Assembly (NCBI GenBank): GCA_035634075.1
Contig: DASQDS010000794.1
Coordinates: forward strand, 6,717-70,716
Reading direction: 5' to 3'
Origin: Pilimelia sp.
GTDB lineage: Bacteria > Actinomycetota > Actinomycetes > Mycobacteriales > Micromonosporaceae
Length of the DNA stretch: 64,000 bases
Shown here one piece after another: positions 36,841 through 47,447 of the stretch; positions within the stretch are counted from its first letter, which is position 1; each line of letters opens with the position of its first letter. The position numbers and the translations under genes are program-made. The notes beneath the pieces were generated by a model. The model ran no database searches. It saw nothing but the letters and a program-made list of their open reading frames with translations, and had not been told where the DNA came from.

Positions 36841-38267
36841 GGCGTGTCCTCCGCGGGCGGTGCGTACGTGAACACGGCCATCTGGGTGGGCGGTCCGACG
36901 TCCGGATCGTCGACGCCGACGGGCAGATACCGCACCCGGTAGCCGTGTGCCGCCGCGACACCGTCGGCCCAGGCACGAAACTGCGCCCGGCTCCACTCGA
37001 ATCGGTGGTCACGGTGGCGCATCGACCCGGCGGGCAGGTCGGGATAGCGGACGTTGTACTCCACGTTCGGCGTCGTCACCACCACCGTGCCAGGGCGGGC
37101 GTGGGCGAACACGGTGCGCTGGAGCGCCCCCAGCCGGGGCGGGTCGACGTGCTCGACGACCTCCATCAACACCGCCGCGTCGAACCCGGCGATCCGCTCG
37201 TCGCGGTAGGTCAACGACGACTGCAGCAGGCGCACCCGCTCCCGCTGACGATCCGCCATCCGTTCCAGCCCAAGCCGCCGGGCCGCGACCTGCAGGGCCC
37301 GGTGCGACACGTCCACGCCGAGCACCTCGGTGAACGCCGGATCGGCAAGGAGCAATCGGATCAGTGCACCCTCGCCACAGCCGAGATCGACGACACGGGC
37401 GGCGCCGGCCGCGCGCAGCGCGGCAACCACACTCGCCAGGCGCTGCTCGACCAGGGACCGCCGCGGCGGCGGGTCCTCCTCCGTCGGGCTGTCGGGGACA
37501 GCATTGTCCAGCATCTCCGGTTCGCCGTCGTCGACCTCGGCGAGCCGCCCGACCGCCGTCGCCACGAGTGCGCGCTGGTGGGACAGGTACCGGCGGGTGA
37601 TCAGTTCCCGAGCCGGGTGCGCTCGCAGCCAGCCCTCACCAGCCCGGATCAGCTTGTCCACCTCATCGGTGCTGACCCAGTAGTGCTTGGCATTGTCCAA
37701 CACCGGCAGTAGGACGTACAGATGGTTCAACGCGTCACCGAGCCGCAGGGTGCCGGTCAGCCGCAGGTCGACGTAGCGGGAGTCCCCCCACCCCGGCACC
37801 TGCGGATCGAGCGGCACCGGAGTCGCCGCAACCGACCAGCCGAGGGGGCCAAACAGCCGCGTCGCAACGTCCGGCCCGCCGCGGCACGGCAACGCCGGCA
37901 CACAGAATTCCAACGGCAGCGGCCGTCCAGGCAATTCGGGCCGGGCGTCGCAACGACCGGCCATGGCGGTCTTGAATACCCGCGAAAGGGCCACGGCGAG
38001 CATCGACGACGCCGCATAGGGCCGATCGTTGACGTACTGTGCCAGGGAGAATGCGTCCGGCCCGGCCGACCGCCGCCCCCGCACCAAACCGACCGGGTCG
38101 ACCTCCACCAACAACGCCGCGGTACACCGCTCCGCGGTCGCCTGCGGGTAGAAGACGTGCGCCTGACCCGCGGACACGTCGAACCTCTGCACCTTCCCTG
38201 GATGCTTGTGCAACAGAAATCCAAGGTCGGTTGCCGGAGTCGCGGTCGAGGTGATCGTTAGCAGCAC
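36837..38267 (-). CDS. hen1: Bacterial Hen1 3'-terminal RNA ribose 2'-O-methyltransferase
   Basis: The N-terminus from the GTG at 38267, (V)LLTITSTATPATDLGFLLHKHPGKV, is the characteristic bacterial Hen1 start. The C-terminal SAM motif is VVDLGCGEGAL. It lies upstream of pnkp and is translationally coupled to it. Confidence 0.92.
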   Translation of the reverse strand: MLLTITSTATPATDLGFLLHKHPGKVQRFDVSAGQAHVFYPQATAERCTAALLVEVDPVGLVRGRRSAGPDAFSLAQYVNDRPYAASSMLAVALSRVFKTAMAGRCDARPELPGRPLPLEFCVPALPCRGGPDVATRLFGPLGWSVAATPVPLDPQVPGWGDSRYVDLRLTGTLRLGDALNHLYVLLPVLDNAKHYWVSTDEVDKLIRAGEGWLRAHPARELITRRYLSHQRALVATAVGRLAEVDDGEPEMLDNAVPDSPTEEDPPPRRSLVEQRLASVVAALRAAGAARVVDLGCGEGALIRLLLADPAFTEVLGVDVSHRALQVAARRLGLERMADRQRERVRLLQSSLTYRDERIAGFDAAVLMEVVEHVDPPRLGALQRTVFAHARPGTVVVTTPNVEYNVRYPDLPAGSMRHRDHRFEWSRAQFRAWADGVAAAHGYRVRYLPVGVDDPDVGPPTQMAVFTYAPPAEDTP

Positions 38268-38574
38268 CGCCGCAGTATGCCCCGACCGCGACTCCACACG
38301 GACCCAATTAGCGTGGATCCGCCGACCCGCCGAACCAGAAAATCGCGGCGCGAGTTCTGGTCGATGGGCCAGTTGTTTGTTGGGTGCGCGTTCGGCCACT
38401 AATGGTGGCCAACCCCGGCAGGCGGCGTGCGGGAGGAGGCGCTGGCGGCCGCCGCGGAGCGGTGCCCGCCAGCCCGGCGCGAGTTGGTCCGCTTTCACCT
38501 CGCGCGGGCCCGCCCCGAAGTTCCGGTTCGTACGAACCCCCCGGAGCGGGCCCTTGGCCGCGACCCGGCCGTGG

Positions 38575-39045
38575 CTAGATGCCCACCCAGCCGGTGCACT
38601 TCCAGCCGGTCGGGGGGTTGGCATGCGACAGGCTGTAGCAGGCCCGGTGGTTGTCCTCTTCCCAGTAGGTCGGCCACCAGCCCTCGACAGTGCCGGTGTT
38701 CCAGTTGCCCTCGCCGCCGCCCAAGACCACCCGCTGCTTGGTCTCCGTGATGTACCAGCCGTACGGCGTCTTCTGCTGGCGCTCCACCTTGAAGGTGAAC
38801 TTCACCCCGACGCTCCACAGTGCGTCGTCGTTCGTGAGCTTGGTGTAGTAGGTGCAGGTCTTGGTGCGGTACAGCACCACGCTGAACGTGCGTTCCCAGA
38901 TAGCCGCGCGGCTGCCGGCGACATTGCAATTGCCGGCGGCGGACGCCGGTGCCGCGAGCGGCACCGACACCAGGCCCGCGGCCAGCGCAAGGGCCATACC
39001 GGCGCGGGCGAACAACGCGCCGAGGCCCTTACCTGAGGTCTTCAC
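38575..39045 (-). CDS. Small secreted hypothetical protein (about 156 aa, 4 Cys in the mature part)
   Basis: The GTG at 39045 lies 7 nt after GAGGAG. The signal peptide ends in PASA-AG. The mature part is Trp/Thr/Cys-rich (NCNVAG...TKTCTYYTKL...ACYSLSH...WKCTGW). Confidence 0.65.
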   Translation of the reverse strand: MKTSGKGLGALFARAGMALALAAGLVSVPLAAPASAAGNCNVAGSRAAIWERTFSVVLYRTKTCTYYTKLTNDDALWSVGVKFTFKVERQQKTPYGWYITETKQRVVLGGGEGNWNTGTVEGWWPTYWEEDNHRACYSLSHANPPTGWKCTGWVGI

Positions 39046-39242
39046 AGAGTGACTCCTCACCGAAACCCGGCCCCCCGTTGAGGCCGTCGGCGGCATCGTA
39101 CGGTGCGCCCCAGCGATCCGCTGCCCCTCGCTCGTCGTGGCCTTCGGGCGCCCCGGCATACGACCTCAACAGCCACCGCACCCGCGGGCACGGCGGGAGC
39201 GTCCCAGCGGAACGCTCCCGCCATACCGGCGCCAATCAGCGG

Positions 39243-39731
39243 TTACGCGGCGCTGCAGGACCCGTTCGGGTTGACCCAGGTCCACTGCGAACTCCAGGTG
39301 CCGGATTCGTCCAACCCGACAACCGCGAACTGCGCGACGTCGGACCGGCTGAACCCGAGCGAGGCGAAGTCGAGCGAGAAGAACACGCCGTGGCCGGCGC
39401 CGCCGCTGTTCTCGAACCAGGCCCCCAGCTCGCTACCGTCCTTCTTGAAGATCCACGCCCAGACGCCCAGGTTGAGGTCATCGCCGTCAGGGTCGGTGAA
39501 GTCGACGTAGGCCCAGTTGCCGGTGCAGAACACCCAGTTGTTGTAGACCGGCGGCGCACTGGCCTGCATCCGGCCGAGCACGCGTGCTGCGCTCGCCCCG
39601 GGCGCCTTGACCGCCGCGCTGGCGCCCGGCCGCTTGGGTGCTGCCTGCCCGCCCGGCGCTGCCTGCGCCGCGGCTGCATGCCCCAGCACCAACGACAGCG
39701 TGACCGCCGCCACCATGAACATCTTCCGCAT
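39243..39731 (-). CDS. Small secreted hypothetical protein (about 162 aa)
   Basis: ATG at 39731. The signal peptide MRKMFMVAAVTLSLVLGHAAAAQA is followed by a Pro/Ala-rich linker and a Trp-rich domain (VYNNWVFCTGNWAYVDFTDPDGDD...NPNGSCSAA). Confidence 0.65.
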   Translation of the reverse strand: MRKMFMVAAVTLSLVLGHAAAAQAAPGGQAAPKRPGASAAVKAPGASAARVLGRMQASAPPVYNNWVFCTGNWAYVDFTDPDGDDLNLGVWAWIFKKDGSELGAWFENSGGAGHGVFFSLDFASLGFSRSDVAQFAVVGLDESGTWSSQWTWVNPNGSCSAA

Positions 39732-39908
39732 TGCCGCTCCCCAGATCGACGTTAAGGACACTGGGAACATATGCAACGGATGCTCCCGGTACGGCGGTCC
39801 TTGAGGCATCGGCACGGGCACACCTCGCCGCCTGATCGGCACCGGTGTATTCGCCTGACGTTCAGCGTCCCTGGCGCCGTGGACGTGGCTCCGTCGAGGA
39901 ACAACCCG

Positions 39909-40108
39909 CACGGATCATTCCCCGGCGCAGCGTCAATCCTCCGGACCAGCGCGCCCGCCCACCCCGCCGACGCCGACGTGGTGGCCTACCGCCGCAGCGC
40001 GTACTGCGTGCTCGCCCACGACGCATTCGGCCGCTGACCGCCTGCGGCCGCCGGGCCGCCCAGCTGGCCGACGGGATGCCCGATGGTGCCTCGCGGGCCT
40101 GCCCGTCG
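39909..40108 (+). pseudogene. Decayed rhodanese-domain fragment (C-terminal half of an ArsR-rhodanese type protein)
   Basis: GSFPGAASIL..PADADVVAYRRSAYCVLAHDAFGR*, then after a -1 shift LTACGRRAAQLADGMPDGASRACPS. This parallels the GHIPGA..IVAYCRGxYCVLAxDAV..L...G..A..L.DG...W..AGLPV pattern. The active-site Cys of the YCRG loop is replaced (YRRS), and an in-frame stop and a frameshift are present. Confidence 0.45.
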
Positions 40109-40285
40109 ATGCACGCCGGCCGCCGCAAGACCCACCCGGCCGTCCCTCGGCGGCGACCGCCGGCCGTGCCGCCGGTCACCGAGAGGCGCCGCCGCACCCC
40201 ACAATTGCCGCCGAGCGCCGCGGCACCGACCCGGACCGTCCCTGCCGGCCGCGCAGTAGGTGTGTCCACAGCATGACCGGAGCCG

Positions 40286-40936
40286 TCACGGGCGTTGACG
40301 CAGCGCCTCGAAGCTCGCCCACACGTTGTCGACCAAGTAGCGCGTCACCTGCTCCCGGCTGATGTCCGGGTGAGCGAGCCACCAGCGGCCCAATTGCTCG
40401 GCGCTGCCGGTGGTGGCATGGGCGAACGCGTCGACCTGCTGTTGGTCGTGCTGCGGCAGGTGCGGCTCGATGAGGTCGGCGAGGAGGTTGACAGTGCGGA
40501 ACCGCTCACGGGCCAGCCCTTCGCCCAGGGCCCCACCGACCAGCCCGCCGGGGCCGAAGAGCAGCTGCCACCGGCGATGGTCGCGCTCCATCACCCGGTA
40601 GTACGCGTCGGCGCCGCGGCGCAGCTGCTCGAGCGGGTCGTCGGTGCCGGCGAACACGCGCATGACGTCGACGTTGAACTGATTGCGGGCGCGGTGTACA
40701 CAGGCGAGGTAGATGCCTTCCTTGCTGCCGTAGTGCTCGTAGACGACGGGCCGGGTCACGCCGGCGGCCCGGGCGATGTCCTCGATCGATGTGCGCTCGT
40801 AGCCGCTGGCGAGGAACAGCTCCTCGGCGAGGTCGAGCAGTTGCTGCTCCCGCGCGGCCCGGGTCATCCGGCGCCGTCCGGTGCGCAACGCGTCGGCGGA
40901 GAGGGGTGGCTCGCCCGGATCCGTGGAGGCCTTCAC
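40286..40936 (-). CDS. TetR-family transcriptional regulator
   Basis: The HTH region is QQLLDLAEELFLASGYERTSIEDIARAAGVTRPVVYEHYGSKEG. The start is either GTG 40936 or the internal ATG at 40867. Confidence 0.88.
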   Translation of the reverse strand: MKASTDPGEPPLSADALRTGRRRMTRAAREQQLLDLAEELFLASGYERTSIEDIARAAGVTRPVVYEHYGSKEGIYLACVHRARNQFNVDVMRVFAGTDDPLEQLRRGADAYYRVMERDHRRWQLLFGPGGLVGGALGEGLARERFRTVNLLADLIEPHLPQHDQQQVDAFAHATTGSAEQLGRWWLAHPDISREQVTRYLVDNVWASFEALRQRP

Positions 40937-40952
40937 AACGGCAGTCTAGGAC

Positions 40953-40992
40953 GGGTAACTTACGGGTTGTAGGTTACGGCTCGTAAGTTCAC
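40953..40992. promoter_or_regulatory. Imperfect inverted repeat in the TetR/FadD divergent promoter region (candidate TetR operator)
   Basis: GGGTAACTTACGGG ... CTCGTAAGTTCACCG. The 8-bp cores AACTTACG (40957-40964) and CGTAAGTT (40982-40989) are exact reverse complements. Confidence 0.35.
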
Positions 40993-41034
40993 CGACCGTG
41001 CTGCGCCTGACGACACCCCCGCGTGGAGCCATCG

Positions 41035-42927
<1,893 letters not shown>

Positions 42928-42977
42928 CGCCGATCATGGCGCCGGTACGGCAGTAGCGAGCGCATGGAGCCACGGCG

Positions 42978-44006
42978 TCAGTGGACGAACGGCCACCCGT
43001 CGGCGTCGTAGTCGAGCAGGTTGATGCCCAGCTTCGAGGAGTCGTCGTCGGCGTAGAAGTGGTAGAAGAGCACGTCGCCGTCGGTGTCGGCGAGCACCGC
43101 CTGGTGGCCCGTGCCATGGAAGCTGCCGTTGCCGGCCAGGACCTCGGTGCCGCCCCCCGCGGTCAGGGCGACGCCAGCGCGGTCGAGGAACGGCCCGGTG
43201 ACGCTCGTGGACCGCCCGACCATGATGCGGTAGGTGCTCCTCGCCCCGATGCAGCACCGGTCGAACGACACGAAGAGGTAGTAGAACGAGCCCCGCTGGA
43301 CCAGGAACGGCGCCTCGATCGCCCCGCCGTTGCCCCGCGAGGCGATGCCGCGCAGCGCGGTGCCCGAGCGCAGGCCGGTGCGGGCGTCAAGGTCGATCAT
43401 CTTGAGCCCGGAGGAGAACGACCCGAAGGTGAGGAACCGGCGGCCGCCGTCGATGATCAGGTTCGGGTCGATGGCGTTGAAGTCGTCGGAGGGGGCCGAC
43501 CTGATCACCATGCCCCGGTCGGTCCAGGTGCCGGACGCCCCGGTCGGGCTGGTGGCCAGGAAGATCGCGGAGTTGCGGGAGCCGAAGGTCGACGCCGAGT
43601 AATACAGCAGGAACTGACCGTCGACAAAGGTGATGTCCGGCGCCCAGAGTTCCCGGCTTCCCCCGGTGAACGGCAGGGTCCACGGGGCGCCCTGCGGGAA
43701 CACTGAGCCGGCGTTGCGCCAGGCCGTGCGGTCACTGGACGTCTTGATGACCAGGTTGTCGCCGGTATGCACCAGGAGGTAGCCCCCGGCGGGGGTCTTC
43801 GCGACCGCCGGGTCGTGCACCCCGATGTCGCCGGTGACCAGGCCGGGGTCAGGGAAGGCGCCGGCCCGGATGCCGGCGGATGGCGTGTCGTCGTCGGCCG
43901 CCCACGCCGGCAGCAACGCCATCGGAGCGGCCAGCGCCAGGCCCGCGGCGAGGGCGGCGATGCCGCGGCGTCGGGTCGCGAGGGCTCGGTGGCGCAGCTC
44001 AGGCAC
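42978..44006 (-). CDS. Secreted GH43 endo-1,5-alpha-L-arabinanase-like enzyme
   Basis: Tat-like signal ATRRRGIAALAAGLALA. The GH43 motifs are VHDPAV, LWAPDITF and GAIEAPFLV. The GTG start follows GAAGGAAG. Confidence 0.9.
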   Translation of the reverse strand: MPELRHRALATRRRGIAALAAGLALAAPMALLPAWAADDDTPSAGIRAGAFPDPGLVTGDIGVHDPAVAKTPAGGYLLVHTGDNLVIKTSSDRTAWRNAGSVFPQGAPWTLPFTGGSRELWAPDITFVDGQFLLYYSASTFGSRNSAIFLATSPTGASGTWTDRGMVIRSAPSDDFNAIDPNLIIDGGRRFLTFGSFSSGLKMIDLDARTGLRSGTALRGIASRGNGGAIEAPFLVQRGSFYYLFVSFDRCCIGARSTYRIMVGRSTSVTGPFLDRAGVALTAGGGTEVLAGNGSFHGTGHQAVLADTDGDVLFYHFYADDDSSKLGINLLDYDADGWPFVH

Positions 44007-44335
44007 GGACTCTTCCTTCGGCAGGGCGCTCGGCCGCCGGTGAGCGCGGGATCAAGGTCGGCAGGATCGGCATCCATTGATACGGCGTCCGATGTCGAAC
44101 CGATCATCCATCGGCGAAATGGACGGGTCCGTTACAAATGTAAGCATCCATGACGTGCAATCGCCCGAAAGGCTGCTGATCGGCCACCAGCGGCCCATGG
44201 CGGACGATCCGCGCAGTCGCTAACTTTCTCGTGATCACCGCGCGGTTGCCGGACCACGTTGGCGCTTCCGGCAGAGCGCGAGGTCCGGCAACCGCGACTG
44301 CCGGCATTCCTGACTTTCCCGAGCGAAGGATTCCA

Positions 44336-44782
44336 ATGGCTGACTTGAATCGTCGTGCTGCGTTGCGCTACGGCGCAGCCGGCGCTGTGGCAGTTGTCAC
44401 CGCGGCGGTGGGCATCCAGAGTGTGGCCGTCTCGGGGTCCGCGGCCGCACCGCAGCGTGCCCCGGCGGCGGACCCGCGCGACTTCGACGAGGTCCACAAA
44501 GGCAAGAAGATCAAGGGCAAGCACAACGCCGGCGGCAAGCACGAGCTGCACATCAACGGCAAGAAGCTCGAGCTGAGCGCCATCGAGACGCTCTTCGTGC
44601 CGGAGGACGGGTCGGCACCGTACGTGGGAGTCGGCTTCATCAGCGCCCTCAACCACTACGACCCGGTGGAAATAGACGACGACCGGCACAAGGAAGGCCT
44701 CAAGAACCTGGCCAAGAAGGTCATCGAAACCCTGGGGGAGTTCGAGCTCAGCGACGAGGCGGCACGGGCGCACCACCACTGA
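44336..44782 (+). CDS. melC1: Tyrosinase copper chaperone/cofactor MelC1 (Tat signal)
   Basis: MADLNRRAALRYGAAGAVAVV (twin-arginine). FDEVHKGKKIKGKH..HELHINGKKLEL with a His-rich tail. It lies immediately upstream of the tyrosinase gene. Confidence 0.85.
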   Translation: MADLNRRAALRYGAAGAVAVVTAAVGIQSVAVSGSAAAPQRAPAADPRDFDEVHKGKKIKGKHNAGGKHELHINGKKLELSAIETLFVPEDGSAPYVGVGFISALNHYDPVEIDDDRHKEGLKNLAKKVIETLGEFELSDEAARAHHH

Positions 44783-44833
44783 CCGCAGCACCTTCCTCGC
44801 CTCCTCCTCCCGCATCTGAAAGGCAGCATTTCG

Positions 44834-45640
44834 ATGGCCGTACGCAAGAGTGTCACCGCTATGACCTCTGCCGAGAAGACCGCGTTCGCCAACGCTCTTC
44901 GCCGGTTCAAGACCACATCCGCCAACGGGCGCAACTACAACTGGTACATCGACCAGCACGTCGCCTTCTTTTCCCGCACCTCCGACGGCATCAGCTTCGC
45001 CCACCAGTCGCCGTCATTCCTGCCATGGCATCGCGAGTATCTCCGACTGCTGGAGATCGATCTGCAGGCGGTCAGCGGAAACGCGAACCTTTTCATCCCG
45101 TACTGGGACTGGACCGGCGCGGCCTCGCCGTTCACCGCCGACTTTCTCGGCTCGATCACCAACGGCAGTGTCTCCACCGGCAACTTCAGCCCGCCCTGGG
45201 GCTGGACGGTCTACCGGAGCAGCATCGCCACCACCTCCCTGCAGCGCCGGCTGGGTCAGAGCACCAGCCGCCCCACCGCGACCACGGTGAACTCGGTGCA
45301 GGCCAACACGGTCTACGACCAGTCGCCGTGGAATTCGAGCGTGTCCACCGGCTATCGCAGCCGCAACGAGGTCCAGTTGCACAACCGCGTGCACAACTAT
45401 GTCGGCGGCCATATGGGCACCCGTGAAGCCCCCAACGACCCCGTTTTCTGGCTGCACCACTGCAACATCGACCGGCTGTGGTGGCTGTGGCAGCGCACCC
45501 GTGGCATCGACACGTACCAGCCGCGCACCGGCACGACCTCCGGCGTCGTCGACAACACCGAAACCATGCGCCCGTTCGCCACCGGCCGGACCCCGGCTTC
45601 GGTACGCGACATCAGCACCCTGAACTACAGCTACGCCTGA
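44834..45640 (+). CDS. melC2: Tyrosinase (MelC2)
   Basis: The CuA site is HQSPSFLPWHREYL. The CuB site is HNRVHNYVGGHM...FWLHHCNIDRLW. A length of 268 aa is typical of Streptomyces-type tyrosinases. Confidence 0.95.
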   Translation: MAVRKSVTAMTSAEKTAFANALRRFKTTSANGRNYNWYIDQHVAFFSRTSDGISFAHQSPSFLPWHREYLRLLEIDLQAVSGNANLFIPYWDWTGAASPFTADFLGSITNGSVSTGNFSPPWGWTVYRSSIATTSLQRRLGQSTSRPTATTVNSVQANTVYDQSPWNSSVSTGYRSRNEVQLHNRVHNYVGGHMGTREAPNDPVFWLHHCNIDRLWWLWQRTRGIDTYQPRTGTTSGVVDNTETMRPFATGRTPASVRDISTLNYSYA

Positions 45641-45785
45641 CACTCGGCGGCGCGCCGCTTCTCGTGAACCAGATGCGGCGTCCGCATGTCGCACCGGGCG
45701 GCCAGGCCCCAGCAGGAGCCTGCCCGCCCGGTTCTGACGTGGGGCGTCGCATTCGCTGACCTGATCCCGCGCAACCGCCCCCGGT

Positions 45786-46202
45786 TTGGTAGCGCTGACA
45801 ACCCACTCCCCGGACCTGCTACCTGTCCTCGCCAAGCTCCGCCGCCCGCCGCAAGCGTTCAGGACGGCGCAGCCGAACGTCGCCGGGTGGGCCGCCGTCG
45901 CGGGGCTCTGCGCCGCGGGAGCAACAGCCGGCCTGGCGGAAGCGCGTCACCGGCCCGCGCCCTGGCTCGCGGTGCCGGCAGCTGGCGCGGCAGCGCTGGC
46001 AGGCCTGATTGCTGCGGACCGACGCAAGCGGGCCGCCATGCCAGCGGCCTTCCTGGACCGACGACGTGACCAGCACAGCACCTCGGCGATGCGCTCACCC
46101 GCCAGGGCGTCGCCGTCACCGTCGACGGCAGCGGGTGGCAGACCCCAGGGCATCGAGCTCCCTCAGGCCCCTCTTGACCGCGGCTATTCACTCAATGAAT
46201 AG
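45786..46202 (+). CDS. Possible small membrane protein upstream of padR (very uncertain)
   Basis: TTG-initiated ORF with fairly high GC3 and two Ala/Gly-rich hydrophobic stretches (GWAAVAGLCAAGATAGL and WLAVPAAGAAALAGLIAA). It overlaps the PadR start by 8 nt. No RBS was identified. Confidence 0.3.
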   Translation: MVALTTHSPDLLPVLAKLRRPPQAFRTAQPNVAGWAAVAGLCAAGATAGLAEARHRPAPWLAVPAAGAAALAGLIAADRRKRAAMPAAFLDRRRDQHSTSAMRSPARASPSPSTAAGGRPQGIELPQAPLDRGYSLNE

Positions 46203-46746
46203 TGGGCGCGTGTCCACCGCCTTCGTCATGCTCGGGCTCCTCGCCAGTGGGCCCCGACACGGCTACGAGCTCAAACGGGAGCACGATGCCCGCCTTCCGC
46301 AGTCCAAGCCGCTGCCGTTCGGCCAGGTCTACGCGACGCTCACCCGGCTGATCCGGGACGAGATGATCACCGAGTCCGGCCAGGAACAGGCGGGCGGCCC
46401 GCAGCGCACGGCGTACGCGCTGACCAAGCGGGGGCGCGCGGCGCTGGATGAGTGGTTGGCCTCGGTCGACCCGCCGGCGCCGTACGTCAGCAGCACGCTG
46501 TTCGCCAAGGTGGTCGTCGCCGTGCTGGTCGCCGACGAGGCGACCGCCCGGCGGCACCTCGCCGCCCAGCGGGTCGCGCACACCGCGCGGCTGCGCGAAC
46601 TGACCGCGGTGAAGACCGCGCCGGCCGCCCGGCTCGCCGACGTGCTGGCGGCCGACTACGCCATCGCCCATCTCGACGCGGATCTGCGCTGGATGCAGAC
46701 CACGCTGTCGCGCGTCGCCGACCTGCGCCGGGAGGTGCACCAATGA
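46195..46746 (+). CDS. PadR-family transcriptional regulator
   Basis: FVMLGLLASGPRHGYELKRE...FGQVYATLTRL is the PadR winged-helix signature. Its stop overlaps the next ATG (ATGA). Confidence 0.88.
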   Translation: MNSGRVSTAFVMLGLLASGPRHGYELKREHDARLPQSKPLPFGQVYATLTRLIRDEMITESGQEQAGGPQRTAYALTKRGRAALDEWLASVDPPAPYVSSTLFAKVVVAVLVADEATARRHLAAQRVAHTARLRELTAVKTAPAARLADVLAADYAIAHLDADLRWMQTTLSRVADLRREVHQ

Positions 46747-47447
46747 TCATCGAATCGCGTGCCGTGGTGAAGTCGTACGGCAACACGCCCGCCCTGCGCG
46801 GCGTCTCGATCGCGGTGGACGAGGGGGAGATCGTCGCCGTGACCGGGCCCAGCGGCTGCGGCAAGTCCACCCTGCTGCACGTCCTCGCCGGAGTCCTGCG
46901 TCCAGATGCCGGTGAGGTGCACTACCAGGGCCAGCGGATCGACTCGTGGAGCGAGACCAGGCGCTCGAAACTTCGCCGCGGCGACTTCGGCCTGCTCTTC
47001 CAGTTCGGCCAGCTGGTGGCGGAGCTCTCGGCGCTGGAGAACGTCGCCCTGCCGCTGCTGCTCGCCGGCACCCGGCGCCGGGAGGCCACCACGGCGGCCG
47101 GCCAATGGCTCGATCGCCTCGGCGTCCTCGAGGTGGCCGATCAGCGCCCGGGGGAGATGTCCGGCGGGCAGCAGCAGCGGGTCGCACTGGCCCGGGCACT
47201 GGTCACCGAGCCACGGGTGCTGTTCGCCGACGAGCCGACCGGGGCGCTGGACTCGCTGTCCGGCGAGGCGGTGCTGGGCCACCTCGTCCGGGTGGCGCGG
47301 GTCCAACGGACCAGCGTCGTGCTCGTCACCCATGAGGCGACCGTGGCGGCGTACGCCGACCGCGAGATCGCACTACGCGACGGCGCAGTGGACGCCGACG
47401 GCCTCGGCCCGACGTCGGCCCCGGCGCCGGCGGAGGCGATCCGGTGA
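46743..47447 (+). CDS. ABC transporter ATP-binding protein
   Basis: Walker A GPSGCGKST, signature MSGGQQQRVALARAL and Walker B VLFADEPTGALD. Confidence 0.93.
   Translation: MIIESRAVVKSYGNTPALRGVSIAVDEGEIVAVTGPSGCGKSTLLHVLAGVLRPDAGEVHYQGQRIDSWSETRRSKLRRGDFGLLFQFGQLVAELSALENVALPLLLAGTRRREATTAAGQWLDRLGVLEVADQRPGEMSGGQQQRVALARALVTEPRVLFADEPTGALDSLSGEAVLGHLVRVARVQRTSVVLVTHEATVAAYADREIALRDGAVDADGLGPTSAPAPAEAIR

Noticed and set aside
44336-45640. melC1-melC2 as part of a novel biosynthetic cluster
   Set aside because: This is the standard two-gene melanin tyrosinase operon. The flanking genes (GH43, PadR-ABC) show no biosynthetic logic.
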